From a virus, in IMG/VR virus record IMGVR_UViG_3300021197_000868, positions 32,001 through 96,000 of that record: DNA of 64,000 nt. One strand, written 5' to 3'. Of this stretch, positions 33,501 through 40,409 are shown piece by piece. The position numbers and the translations under genes are program-made. Below the pieces are notes generated by a model, which worked only from the letters and a program-made list of their open reading frames with translations, ran no database searches and had not been told where the DNA came from. How positions within the stretch are numbered: the first letter of the stretch is position 1; each line of letters begins with the position of its first letter.

Positions 33501-36500
33501 CCTAATGAAGAATTACAGTTTGAAGATATGAATGTAGTTGATGATACAGGTCAAACACACGTGTTGAGCGGCGGCTCTCCTCTCGGTGTAATTATCCGTG
33601 CGTTTAGACCGACTGGAGAGAGGCTTGTTAGTGGTCTTGCACCAGCAACTGCTAACTCATCATTATCTCCTAACTTAATCATTCAATTACCTGACCCTGA
33701 TTCTATACCCGGAAATATACTAGTACGTAGTGGATTTGATAAATTACAAGCATATCAAAATGAAACTATGGGTGACGGTGGTATGATACATCCTGACCTC
33801 GGGCACTCACACATAGGTCATTTGTTTGATAACGTAGTAAAGGGACCTAGATTAGCCCCTACGATGAATGAGTCAGGTTGGGAACACGTAAGTGAAGGTA
33901 AGCCTCCCCCTCGTGAAGATGCTGACTTCGTAGATAGAGATTTCACTTATCCTGATAGCACTAAGGAGTCATGGCGCTCAGCAACTAATGATAACACATT
34001 AGCATCTTCTTATGAATTACATGACCGTACGCTCTTTTTCCATGTTACTAAAATGGGACATAGCCATACAGAAAGATTCCCTAATTCTTACACTCACGCT
34101 AACGGTATACAAAATCAATCGCTTACAGTTTCAAATTATGCAAGCGGTACATTAACTGCATCGGCTACTATAACGGCGACTATCTTTGATGCTGATTTTG
34201 CTACAAAAGAGCGTAGTGACAATAGGCGCTTCTTACGCCTTGCTACTACTACAGATAGTGTAGTGTTATCTTACACTGGTATTAGCGGTGCTACGTTCAC
34301 AGGAGTAGTTGGGGATATTGACTTTGACCAGTTCATAGCAGATAACCTAGGTACATCAACTATCACCATATCACCATCTTACTACATACCAGCAGGTAGC
34401 ACTCGTTTCTTCGCAGCACGTAGACTTCGTGACCACGCTGAAGTTAGCGGTAACAGTCCTGATATGGCTCATACTGAATATATTAGTGGTAATCAAAATA
34501 CTTTAATTATCAACAGATACAATAAACCACAGTTAACACCTATGCCAATGCCTCGCATGGGGCATCATTTCGTAAATGCTTCCATGCCAATGCTACCGGG
34601 ACATTGGGCTCATCCCGCTTATCAAGGTCTATACAGTAAGCACGAAATTGAAACAAGGGCTAGTTTACAAAATCCTGATTTAATAAAACTTTTAGATAAT
34701 GTGAACCCTACAACTACTACACTAGGAACATCAATTACAGATTACTTACATCCACTTAGTCCGCAACTAAGAATTAGTAGTTTAACCCCTACACCTAGTG
34801 GACCTAGTGACATACATGGTGGAGCATTCACATTAATGTTTGAAACTAAAGTGCGTTATGACGGCTATGGTATACTAGCATCCAAAGGAACTGCTGGTGA
34901 TATGAATAAACTAGGAGGGCATTCTATAATACTTGAAGCAGGTGCTAACTACACCCAAGATGGTCACTTCCCTGACCCTGCTGAAGTAGGCGCTTATCAG
35001 ATTGTTATACAGCCTAACCTGAGAAAGCATCAAATTACAGGTTTCCATCATAATCATAGCACTGCAACTGCTTTACCTAATGGTACTGCACGTGAACTGA
35101 CAGGTCAGCAGGTTAATCTTGTAGTCGGTATAAAATATGATAGTGAGAGAGGTGGCTCTCCTATTGGTGGGGTGACTCTTATCCTCGCTGAAGCCACTCT
35201 TGCTGACGTAAGGGGCTGTGAGATTTTCATTAATGAAATAATGTTAGACTATGACCCTGACCACGGAAGTCAGTTTACCAATACACCACCAATGCTGCTT
35301 TATAATGCACTTGGTGTACAGGGTAGCGAATCCCCTACGTTTACTCGCAGAAGTTTACCATATACTGTGGGTATGTTCGCTAATGCTACACCGGGGTATA
35401 CATCCAACATACCTTGGTGGAGTATAATTCACAAAGTAGGACCTGATGATAGCACTTCTAATGGTTTTACGCATCTAGCGTTATATCGCTTAGATAACTA
35501 TTACGAGTTCTGTAGGCCCTCTCATGGATGTATAGGTGCTCAATTAACACTTGCTGGTTATCCTTCTATTAGTCCTGATATATACTCACAAACTTTTGAA
35601 AACATATCTTTAGTAGCAGTCGCTAGAGTCACAGGAATTAGTTCAGGTAACTATGTAGATGTTGATGATGCTTCATTCTTCCCCGAAGTACCTTACTATA
35701 ATCAGAAACTGATATACACTGACGCTAATGGAATAGTTCAAACATTATCATACACTAAACGCTCAGGTCATACTTACTCTAGTGCTACTATGAATAGACC
35801 TACTCGATTCATAACAGCAGAAACCACCATGCCTCCAATTAATGCTATACTTAGATTATCATTACCTTACTCTACTAAGTTTGCTTCTGAACTATTTAAA
35901 GACAATAAATCTAGTGTCTTAATGCAAAACCTAGACCAATTACGAAAAGGAACTAGAGACACTAACGCTCTTTACACGCCTGACGCTTTCCTATCTATGT
36001 GGCATCCTAATTTGGGTAGACCTCATACATTCTACTCCGATGGTAGTAGAACATGGGGTAATGCTACTTCTGATAGAGCAGTCAATAAAGCAGCATACAA
36101 TAGTATGCCTGAGCACTTTGAAACCATACACTATCATAGTGTAAACTATGCTGCTAGTTTAGGTCCTTTCAATCTTGACTTCAAGACACCTAAGCCCCCT
36201 ACTAAAATTAGTCAAGTTACTACTGGTGCTACTACTAACACTCTAACATTTAACACGGATATTCGGGCTCAGTTTGACGCTGGTGACTATATCTTTGCTG
36301 ATGGTAAGGTTATAGGTAAAGTTGCTAGTGAGGCATTCTCTAATCCAACAACCACTATTACCTTCTCAGAGAATCTATTCTATACACCAGCAACTGGCTC
36401 AACTGTATTCAAAGATGCAGACGGTAGTGTAGATACCGCTGCTAATATACACGCTATGACGGGCTACGAGGCACAAGGTAGCGCTACAGTCATGCTGAGT

Positions 36501-38648
36501 CATTACTGGCCTTGTGGTAGTAGGGGTGGGCCTCTAGTAAGCAACTTAGAAGGCTATAGTGCTTGGTCTGCCGCTTGGCATATACCACGTAACCTAAGTG
36601 CAGCCGGTGGTAAGCACTGGAAAGATGCTGATGATGACGGTAATTACTCTGTAAGTAGCGGTCTTGCTATTGCTTCTAGTCTTGTATCTACACGCTCTTA
36701 TCCGTTTGGCTATCGCTTTGGTCTACGCCAACCGTGGAACAGACCCCAATGGGGTCATTATGGTATGCGTGCATTCACGGAAGCCGCAACACATAGTGGT
36801 GCTAGTAACTTCACAGTTGGTTACAAAGCAGGTCCTTTGACCGAGTATGAGTCACAAACTTGGGCTTCCAGCGATTCAAGTCTTAGTAGTGTCACATTAC
36901 CAACAACCTATGTTGGTATTATGGAGAGACAAACTAATTTCAGCGGTATGCTTGGTCCTGACAAAGCAGAATGGCAAGTGCGTTACAGTGATGGTCAACG
37001 TATGACTCGCTCCTTTGGTTGCCCCGTTCGTATCATTCGTAACGCTTCAACCGCTCCTCGTGATTGGTGGGGCGACCATGCTGGTTTAGGAGTTAGTACA
37101 GTGGAAGGGGCTGTTGGATATTACTTAGTAGATTGGTGGGGTAACACTCGTGGTGAAGATGTAAGGAGAGCGCCAGTACGAGGCTTTGGTATCAAACCTG
37201 CTTGGGACGCTGGCGACGCTTACGAATATGACCGTACTAACAATCGTACACCTTACGCTAGACTGTACAACAATGGCTCACCTATTGTCAACCTCAAAGG
37301 TATAATTGACAGTAGTGGTGATGTTCTAGGCTCTCCTTCAGCAGTAATACCACGTTTCGGTGGTAGATTGAATAACACTAACAGTGGTAACAGCGACATC
37401 TTGGTTGATGTATTTGCTCCTACAAACGCTATGCGAGTAGGTGACATGGGTGGAGGACGTGGTATTAGATACCCAACTCAATTCAATGAGGATATACTAG
37501 TTGAATTAAGCGATGTCTATGAGGGTTCAGGGGTTGTATTATCTCATCATACTGCTGAGCCTACATTTAGTCAAGGTTACATGCGCCCAAGGAATGACAC
37601 CTTACAATCCGATGAATTAGAACGTGGGATAAGTGCTAGATTAGATGTAGCAGAGGATGGTTTATTGAAACCCGAAGCAGCGGTTAGTGAACGTGTTGAG
37701 AGTATTAGTGGGACATCTGTTTACACAGAACCTATTTCACGCTCAAGCCCAAGGATAGGTATTGATGGTGAAAACATAGAGTCTCGCTCCACAGGTGTAA
37801 GCAACGACATGGTAGCAATCAATACTGAGGCTCATAGTCTACACTCAGATACAGGTGTAGGACAAAGAGTTGTACTCCAAGGTGGTATGCAGTCCGGCTC
37901 TCAGACATTAGCAGATTATGATTTAACCTCTCTATCATTTGCTGCTCAACCTCATGGTGGTGTAATGCGTTTCAGTCACACTAGTAATATCAAGGCACTA
38001 GGCGGTACTTACATTCTTGAGTCTCACTCTTTCGTTAACCCATTCGATGATACTGGATGGGGTAGGGGTAGTACATCAACTACTAGCAATCCTTACCAAA
38101 CTAGTGGAAGCGTCTCTAATCCACATAATTTAGTGGATTCAACGGTACGCTTTATGGTAAGACCTGTAAGGTTACTTGATAATAAACACATTGAAGTCTT
38201 TAGGTCAGATAGAAATGTAGCAGGTAGCACTCCTCAAGACGGTAATACGTACTACTCAGCCACATCAGGTGGTAAGTATGGGTTATTTGTTTACGAGTCT
38301 ACTGGCGCTGCTGCTACTTCTTACATGCGTGCTAGTTTACCTAATGCAAATGCCCCTTACCAACCAGTGTATCTCATGGAGAGTAGTAGCGATACAGTAC
38401 CTGTATCTAAGGGGCCTAAATTACCCGGTGCAGGAATGGCTACATTCGATAAAGATACATTAAAGTCCACTGTAACTAGACTTATAATAACTGAAAATAC
38501 ACTACAACATTATAGAAGTGATGCTCTTCGACGTACTGGAAGCGGTAAAGATTTCTCGATAAAGCCCCGATTCAGTCAATCTTTACACTCAAAAGGACAT
38601 AAAAAGGATGTAACCTATAGTACATCAGACCACAGTGGTGATGCTTGA
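21585..38648 (+). CDS. Giant (5687 aa) virion tail/adhesion protein with an N-terminal LamG/concanavalin-like domain
   Basis: ALFFDGVSD, IAIEAWVTP, HIVAS, LHINGEL, YIGG..FRGVIESVHIS, LALFRFEE. A 17-kb uninterrupted ORF in the tail module. Confidence 0.75.
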   Translation: MPIMLQSNHALFFDGVSDGVIIPQGVFSKLGRDNSDGERNASDIISESSQGARVNSVISDALGKEIAIEAWVTPDCGGVILQKSSQFCLKLGNVDTPGPASFEVNLQTDNGFRKVIISTAREISNGYNGTVYPSTTNNGFEDSFNRFVGSKDDATNLNINQRPLIHIVASMSKGVVSLHINGELMAEETVGRCFLPESDDHVYIGGTGGEFRGVIESVHISSVFSNEMTTRNAALVNNNTLALFRFEEPIEPIEGIYDISSISSASNLSAINVSTSDAALLASKLTGKTITSGTIDFTATPYSSGNYSVVDYKTVPGTKNIRAIPHVPYNLLINPGSINRDTQKPNQSPPERVRLHNINVSTGAILVSSIHLDFDGSTNGDGLRPVLHSRSSGTGDDYFVVVSADLLLDNGSGKPYQPPHLASQLIDRTGQMVLDEGHFEQHGIVFSSRMATTTNDTNNPFAVTWPTTLDESFQIGHSGRHILNHVTGHHYLRNMPRASEENLDQQFGNADIVELIYDGAAQGIEKQFPINSKIDYYRDIAQSRIVDITSSSTVSDSVDNGLADPSRKLIAIGGESFNPMPFALKGPLPLSIDDADDNIRKHHLRPSKTSRVAILEVDLSSYNLASYVEIHYNAIDFTGVSMGKTTPMLMVEKTVPASNHLLTGTTYVIDAIEASLASGKTLHAPGGIIEISAPVQGDLATASFTHSLVGDNSEGFESDSELDERYTPQNYTTMTTEPRRPPQNIAASHTSKESHESVFHHLIIEANNAGKFSTSPRPSASTSSGAAGEFDIAVAASAGPVHEMFDIIDNHATTTPGVQQRIYVQPSDRSRTAQLRHVKAVADNGNDSHFASIMYLMTRGKLRSVIEEEGEDGAERFTTVKCVGINAAIINRNVDEIGSGSPDSHVVKEIDPNAPVVTVTLGGVGQGAYDTNPSFDPSTLSRLPYNTRFGFSCHAVSVRTDRDTTAADRIQFIEVRALNNGADDLKSWGTYPFPKKGRLFLRSGASAEYSNKNGVAFFFEDSDVGSGRFVLSDGSEVANFYEWVGSTGLSSTAGAVSSNSIVNASIGEVILGDGNFYVENATADGSTVNDRMFQSMDTVTHDYQLGTQFASTRALVEIPLFNQQFFKDIPNGILPGPDNSLKLHLDPTMTAHTWNPSPVGRRYQEVSPGDRSAHSAYAYSLSQNNHTRSASIQGEALLDTSPTPDVYKLYVSNPEIFPAADIGSSGKSYFYVDEVQRHQRAFLPNGEWIIYNNDPSSDGFIQFEDALYAHSEKFLETHEAGMQLLVGGGYQSESLIPLVGSFLNPSSSIERRSEYYHDSASVKTQGGNVDYGLRQYVSAVEFKAGPTTNPHAARIQSGRARGQIIGVEPIMNGTTFTGLVVLSLSDEDIVSFPNIQPNIDSNGNIVYETGDYHYLLEIKSPNGDTRRFIYWGDATATFAHLSSTPTSPNDFRSSIIVEDIFNKGSTLPDYYNKTHASYILDQEALLVKRGFMFGFDHDKDSSALEKTLNISDTFRPPTARHPWTIKASPTVTTTALTTTNTTSERLLQADTNSLNVQKDDYVYAEIETISGSTIDSVKFLGKVTVIADGHAQGTPSSDTVLTLDGSMTSAVATAVNSALGDAAKKVYLRVGCHDIMRNDDEAILNRTWVFPYAPGGFRKGDTIWANMTYNNPHAVEGLFAKSRGVFNEALVWKGFNGGLGTMQDEARDSIPLENFLIGNTCRETAENYLQHVNKTIEENYINLLGDNPNAPIVAYLDPTLKGDNHARVLLYDCAHDREFIAFQDLQMQVQTSPKVAEIGFQRHTTGYNLATGGDQIDLVTHNIKYNGGSQNAFMTQIDVANGFPSQNKYVRPTMRSRFMESAYAHDIANNYSASSMQSPVSGIVTSLVTFYPNGAGANGKEGGTGYSPASGLATTTTGSGSGLTVNITSAGGGGTNQGILQIPVINAAGTGYAHDDVITVTQSGASGGKYRVRISPAGIPTNLTASNRLTQYGKGHGHFVHTGYHTGGSFSERAIGDSILPRTQDAVVLPYWANELHKYSRKTRSSLDDFVTKLTIHREAKTGASIRDPSTLFDTPDGTRVIPAFLALRGIRSSSLDLSNMRENRLQHLKHWTDMDFTRRLTIDCGQVGTRDGVTDVEAAAREVVRIINQAGAKNARTNSVNDETGSAHDPAVWWDVDKALDTQDSGSHMGYLRAHLGRVVQDINGNQGYSIIIHSTVPGATGRNFCVWLDNARGQSTYQPEFLIGHGGRFRTFWCQPEEISGENMHPAPMPLNKHGRPFAPITSLRQYTLPDETGTQIKSSNDFAQRGDEESDPINRAISMTTGSGQSHNTVNTESLEVEGYATSFTEGLRVGTQAVARVNLGGLVAAGVPGFAPDAGTWGFGRKSDKRFTKKYGDIAKTQSSATLPTRYSNYIPSNQVTHDSIGNTPLYGFEFKDHLGNRHGIRIVYRSIDEAFTLDETQLPDTLEDEIIIYIDDRDVGQGGFTIGHHMHGLGDATGRFDPNPSNADLIGWRGNRWNGIPSVNAAYDVDVHYSSNTIRVQMRAPYDSCPHPDVLGYMGFPLKNGLIQISDPFNHADAKGTFGHVYSYTHRDVVSGIHYFYGVQGDDFNASQGQAAGVSTVVTTPTDFGNSATSVYIRGLISSCLNWTTLLTDEVLAAAITATINLSNPNVQEGTPFDCREFFAADGRTLGEWGVESDAIRIRAFNTNRNIRPISNFFTASIHRDMSIQAAHIEHGDIEKVEHDGTLGSSNRSATDAQIDAGLRAECGYIPHTIIQIISKGRGSNANTTTPILVDSSNEAVNTDTWSKNLNGARFTAYSGDHILPMVNNPTLEINEITATDVILDSGNELWHFVRPAGAEGAAVTDGGGASITKLASFGSKSLFSYRQDTAFVTSENGANSQTKLDIITKSDDFGTVGSGAADVAQRFADHRCFTTAGVRVLGSLHSTPQVFFRGGRDSSDHWVPLFFGGGFSGVTIDVNDGTKNDYSDKYTHAYANGPNGVAGIQNANETLSSFSLLDCNAILAFFPGTALLNQHRGSLNPPFFNKDNVLSPDLKAGSQGVNDKHPTGTVYSSGVHLQVPSPLVLRFAHPTARYSDHVTATENKTTYLIYGPGQAFPYTQEVSTPVNTFEPHPGRAITVGNGWSAVPYTSGNASFMPNHIANHDGFYFPESSTYQLGKHRFHWRQTLNWEPPQGRPNVAILKQRPESGRMYGEMFNLGVTNLTDTEVHEYRKAHPMRHAVFMGGSMASNSEWCFHMDGGYHPGGTWLDNQITFNPPHPSNNSRVAKLSGNELHPTAFRVAGPLTTKVLYGASGGAFEAQTLTTSDVNMEYIVVDGTRCQNGEELACVLGAAINTFPGGGALKSMGGTFMPSMGNAMRQDRYGWREIDDSKIVSYQNSNNDLHDCFIVLNMGTTESDARNIPETGWLRTSNSFATGLVAQNTPAFAPYHSRIVYLNGSDYYVKFFIGRNRITGNLRFETSATWDNKLDSATLTYPTINTANVDKIYVWTKAGVHTVGLDESTTERLAYNRVHFSGLVDAIDRTKPIGAVGWSGNRYSYLNTLSVGNGIAAGLGAWHSSLGFSPYGNSIGCANAFGHIPVIAPMPNSPESSPPNDGSSALANFPNEDNPDGPHDEAQMDSAVTGSYTFQNVETSVYHNTPILTNQLDLQKELTHKQGIYSRALLVVAHESELALIAKTDRNGHKSCGDWIFLGRAADFTKAGTTRWDDRIHGQDRFYAPANAGPNVEALIRDGTVFPTIADYTASNALDGSPFNAAITLHSTLTADTQLENAEPCLSKTGDLFLDVDKSIGSHFSASAGAQRNVSDGFYNSASVAPSSLFGGTKQKNTFWIGDVNGYAMYDRSPADNFNIEHIVWKRMDGGSLSMPAVNARGLGAIPFINRVSGINIGGTGELADTRAAGTERTIGEKIYGNVRFSFETTNSAMLPILQAQELSHPQLASKHPIALQNVLDIPNEELQFEDMNVVDDTGQTHVLSGGSPLGVIIRAFRPTGERLVSGLAPATANSSLSPNLIIQLPDPDSIPGNILVRSGFDKLQAYQNETMGDGGMIHPDLGHSHIGHLFDNVVKGPRLAPTMNESGWEHVSEGKPPPREDADFVDRDFTYPDSTKESWRSATNDNTLASSYELHDRTLFFHVTKMGHSHTERFPNSYTHANGIQNQSLTVSNYASGTLTASATITATIFDADFATKERSDNRRFLRLATTTDSVVLSYTGISGATFTGVVGDIDFDQFIADNLGTSTITISPSYYIPAGSTRFFAARRLRDHAEVSGNSPDMAHTEYISGNQNTLIINRYNKPQLTPMPMPRMGHHFVNASMPMLPGHWAHPAYQGLYSKHEIETRASLQNPDLIKLLDNVNPTTTTLGTSITDYLHPLSPQLRISSLTPTPSGPSDIHGGAFTLMFETKVRYDGYGILASKGTAGDMNKLGGHSIILEAGANYTQDGHFPDPAEVGAYQIVIQPNLRKHQITGFHHNHSTATALPNGTARELTGQQVNLVVGIKYDSERGGSPIGGVTLILAEATLADVRGCEIFINEIMLDYDPDHGSQFTNTPPMLLYNALGVQGSESPTFTRRSLPYTVGMFANATPGYTSNIPWWSIIHKVGPDDSTSNGFTHLALYRLDNYYEFCRPSHGCIGAQLTLAGYPSISPDIYSQTFENISLVAVARVTGISSGNYVDVDDASFFPEVPYYNQKLIYTDANGIVQTLSYTKRSGHTYSSATMNRPTRFITAETTMPPINAILRLSLPYSTKFASELFKDNKSSVLMQNLDQLRKGTRDTNALYTPDAFLSMWHPNLGRPHTFYSDGSRTWGNATSDRAVNKAAYNSMPEHFETIHYHSVNYAASLGPFNLDFKTPKPPTKISQVTTGATTNTLTFNTDIRAQFDAGDYIFADGKVIGKVASEAFSNPTTTITFSENLFYTPATGSTVFKDADGSVDTAANIHAMTGYEAQGSATVMLSHYWPCGSRGGPLVSNLEGYSAWSAAWHIPRNLSAAGGKHWKDADDDGNYSVSSGLAIASSLVSTRSYPFGYRFGLRQPWNRPQWGHYGMRAFTEAATHSGASNFTVGYKAGPLTEYESQTWASSDSSLSSVTLPTTYVGIMERQTNFSGMLGPDKAEWQVRYSDGQRMTRSFGCPVRIIRNASTAPRDWWGDHAGLGVSTVEGAVGYYLVDWWGNTRGEDVRRAPVRGFGIKPAWDAGDAYEYDRTNNRTPYARLYNNGSPIVNLKGIIDSSGDVLGSPSAVIPRFGGRLNNTNSGNSDILVDVFAPTNAMRVGDMGGGRGIRYPTQFNEDILVELSDVYEGSGVVLSHHTAEPTFSQGYMRPRNDTLQSDELERGISARLDVAEDGLLKPEAAVSERVESISGTSVYTEPISRSSPRIGIDGENIESRSTGVSNDMVAINTEAHSLHSDTGVGQRVVLQGGMQSGSQTLADYDLTSLSFAAQPHGGVMRFSHTSNIKALGGTYILESHSFVNPFDDTGWGRGSTSTTSNPYQTSGSVSNPHNLVDSTVRFMVRPVRLLDNKHIEVFRSDRNVAGSTPQDGNTYYSATSGGKYGLFVYESTGAAATSYMRASLPNANAPYQPVYLMESSSDTVPVSKGPKLPGAGMATFDKDTLKSTVTRLIITENTLQHYRSDALRRTGSGKDFSIKPRFSQSLHSKGHKKDVTYSTSDHSGDA

Positions 38649-40063
38649 TGCCTTACTTAGCACAGCAACGTACGACGGGTGACACCAATGTTGTCATGAA
38701 GCAAGCACGTAAACCAGTATTTGTCGATAACGCACTTCACTTAGGTGAAATAACTAAACAGGGTTCTAGTAAGTCTAAAGTTACACTAAGGAAGCGCAAC
38801 ACAACATCTTACGCAATCGCATCTACTCACTCTTATGATATTGACGAGCGTGAAGATAGTATTGTTTTGACTCACACACCTACAGCAGGGCACGATTCTA
38901 CTTCTGCGATATATTACATGAACTCTAAATTAGAAGGAAACGATGCTGCTTCAAATACTCCGCCTTTATTGTATGCTATAGATAGGCAAACTGAAAGACT
39001 AGCGCTAGGTTCTACTTCCAGTGGAAGTAAAGGTACAGTTTTCGCTGTACGTAACATGAAGGGTAGCACTCTTGAAGAGTTAGGATTCGATTCTAAGCGG
39101 GCATACGCTGCTCAACCTATTGATGTTGGTCTACGTACTACCGACATGGCTATTAGATTAGGTAATGAAGTAGCAGGTGACTTAACTTCAATTAATACTG
39201 CTTTACCAATCTCACCATCTAATTCTAGTAATGACCGTAGAAGTTTTACCACAAAGTTCGTAGCCGCAGATTTCTATGGTGTTAACTTAATTACTGCTTT
39301 AAGATTCTTAGGAAGGCACGATAATTACATAACTTACTTTGAGAGGTTTGGTAGTCTGCTCTATGTACCGTTTAATTTTGCTGAAGCAGGTCGTTTTGTA
39401 AATAGTTCAATGCGAACAGGTACAGCATCTTCTAACCCTGTAGATAACACTAGTAATCGAATTATAGTGCAGGGTAAGGCATTAGCCGTCAATGAAAAAG
39501 CACGTGCTGAAGTTAATGACGGTGAGCGTCAAAGTGGTCTTGGTGCTGAGGTTATACAAGAGCCGCTAGTAGTTGAAGATTTTACTGTAGGTAGTAATCA
39601 ACAGGCTAGAATGGTGGGTAATAGTATACTAAAAGCAAATAACCTATTGAAAGGTAGTCAAAATAGTAACGGTCATCCTTCTTCGTGGGATTTAAGGCCC
39701 GGTAAAATTATTGAATACGATGGAGTAAGGCGCATTTTGGTTGAGGTTAAACATAATCTAGTGAATAACACTGCTGACCTTGTCTTCTTGACTTTAGATA
39801 CAGGTATTGAGGGCGTATTACTAGGTATATCCGAAGGCGTTCAAAGCATAGGTAGTAATCCAAACACAGTTGAGCAGATAACTGAAACTAACTTTTCATT
39901 ATTTGGGGAGATTAAAATTGTTACAATTCCAATTATTACAATTCAGGGACATGGAGATTCAGGCTTTGTTATAGGAAGGGCCATGAGTAGGGGTACTCTC
40001 GGTGCTACTAGTAGCCAAGAAACCATAGGTGGAAGTAAAAATACCCCAGTTAGGAGTGAGTAG
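38648..40063 (+). CDS. Putative baseplate hub / tail-tip protein
   Basis: NRIIVQG, QARMVGNSIL and DLRPGKIIEY..LVEVKH resemble hub/Tal-like proteins. Confidence 0.5.
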   Translation: MPYLAQQRTTGDTNVVMKQARKPVFVDNALHLGEITKQGSSKSKVTLRKRNTTSYAIASTHSYDIDEREDSIVLTHTPTAGHDSTSAIYYMNSKLEGNDAASNTPPLLYAIDRQTERLALGSTSSGSKGTVFAVRNMKGSTLEELGFDSKRAYAAQPIDVGLRTTDMAIRLGNEVAGDLTSINTALPISPSNSSNDRRSFTTKFVAADFYGVNLITALRFLGRHDNYITYFERFGSLLYVPFNFAEAGRFVNSSMRTGTASSNPVDNTSNRIIVQGKALAVNEKARAEVNDGERQSGLGAEVIQEPLVVEDFTVGSNQQARMVGNSILKANNLLKGSQNSNGHPSSWDLRPGKIIEYDGVRRILVEVKHNLVNNTADLVFLTLDTGIEGVLLGISEGVQSIGSNPNTVEQITETNFSLFGEIKIVTIPIITIQGHGDSGFVIGRAMSRGTLGATSSQETIGGSKNTPVRSE

Positions 40064-40064
40064 A

Positions 40065-40409
40065 ATGCCGATAAGTGACCACATAAAAAGAACTCTATTA
40101 GATACAATTGTTAGTAATATCAATGAAATGGTAATTGGTTTCGATGGAACACCGTCTACAGGTTCGGATGGTTCTGCTGGTAGACCAGCCTTGACTATCA
40201 ATCCTACAGTGAGAATAATAGACGATAGCACTATCTTAGTCGAAGGGTTCATACCTGCGACTGAGTCGTTTACTGATACAATTAAAGAGGTCTACATACA
40301 GTTCAGGGGCACATCGTCATTCACACCAGTGGCTAGACACACTATACTACCAATCAACAAAACCACTAAAAATGAAGTGAGAATCCAAGTTTTAATTGAG
40401 GTGAAGTAA
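40065..40409 (+). CDS. Small tail protein
   Basis: ATG at 40065 after GGAGTG; resembles small fibre-attachment proteins. Confidence 0.5.
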   Translation: MPISDHIKRTLLDTIVSNINEMVIGFDGTPSTGSDGSAGRPALTINPTVRIIDDSTILVEGFIPATESFTDTIKEVYIQFRGTSSFTPVARHTILPINKTTKNEVRIQVLIEVK

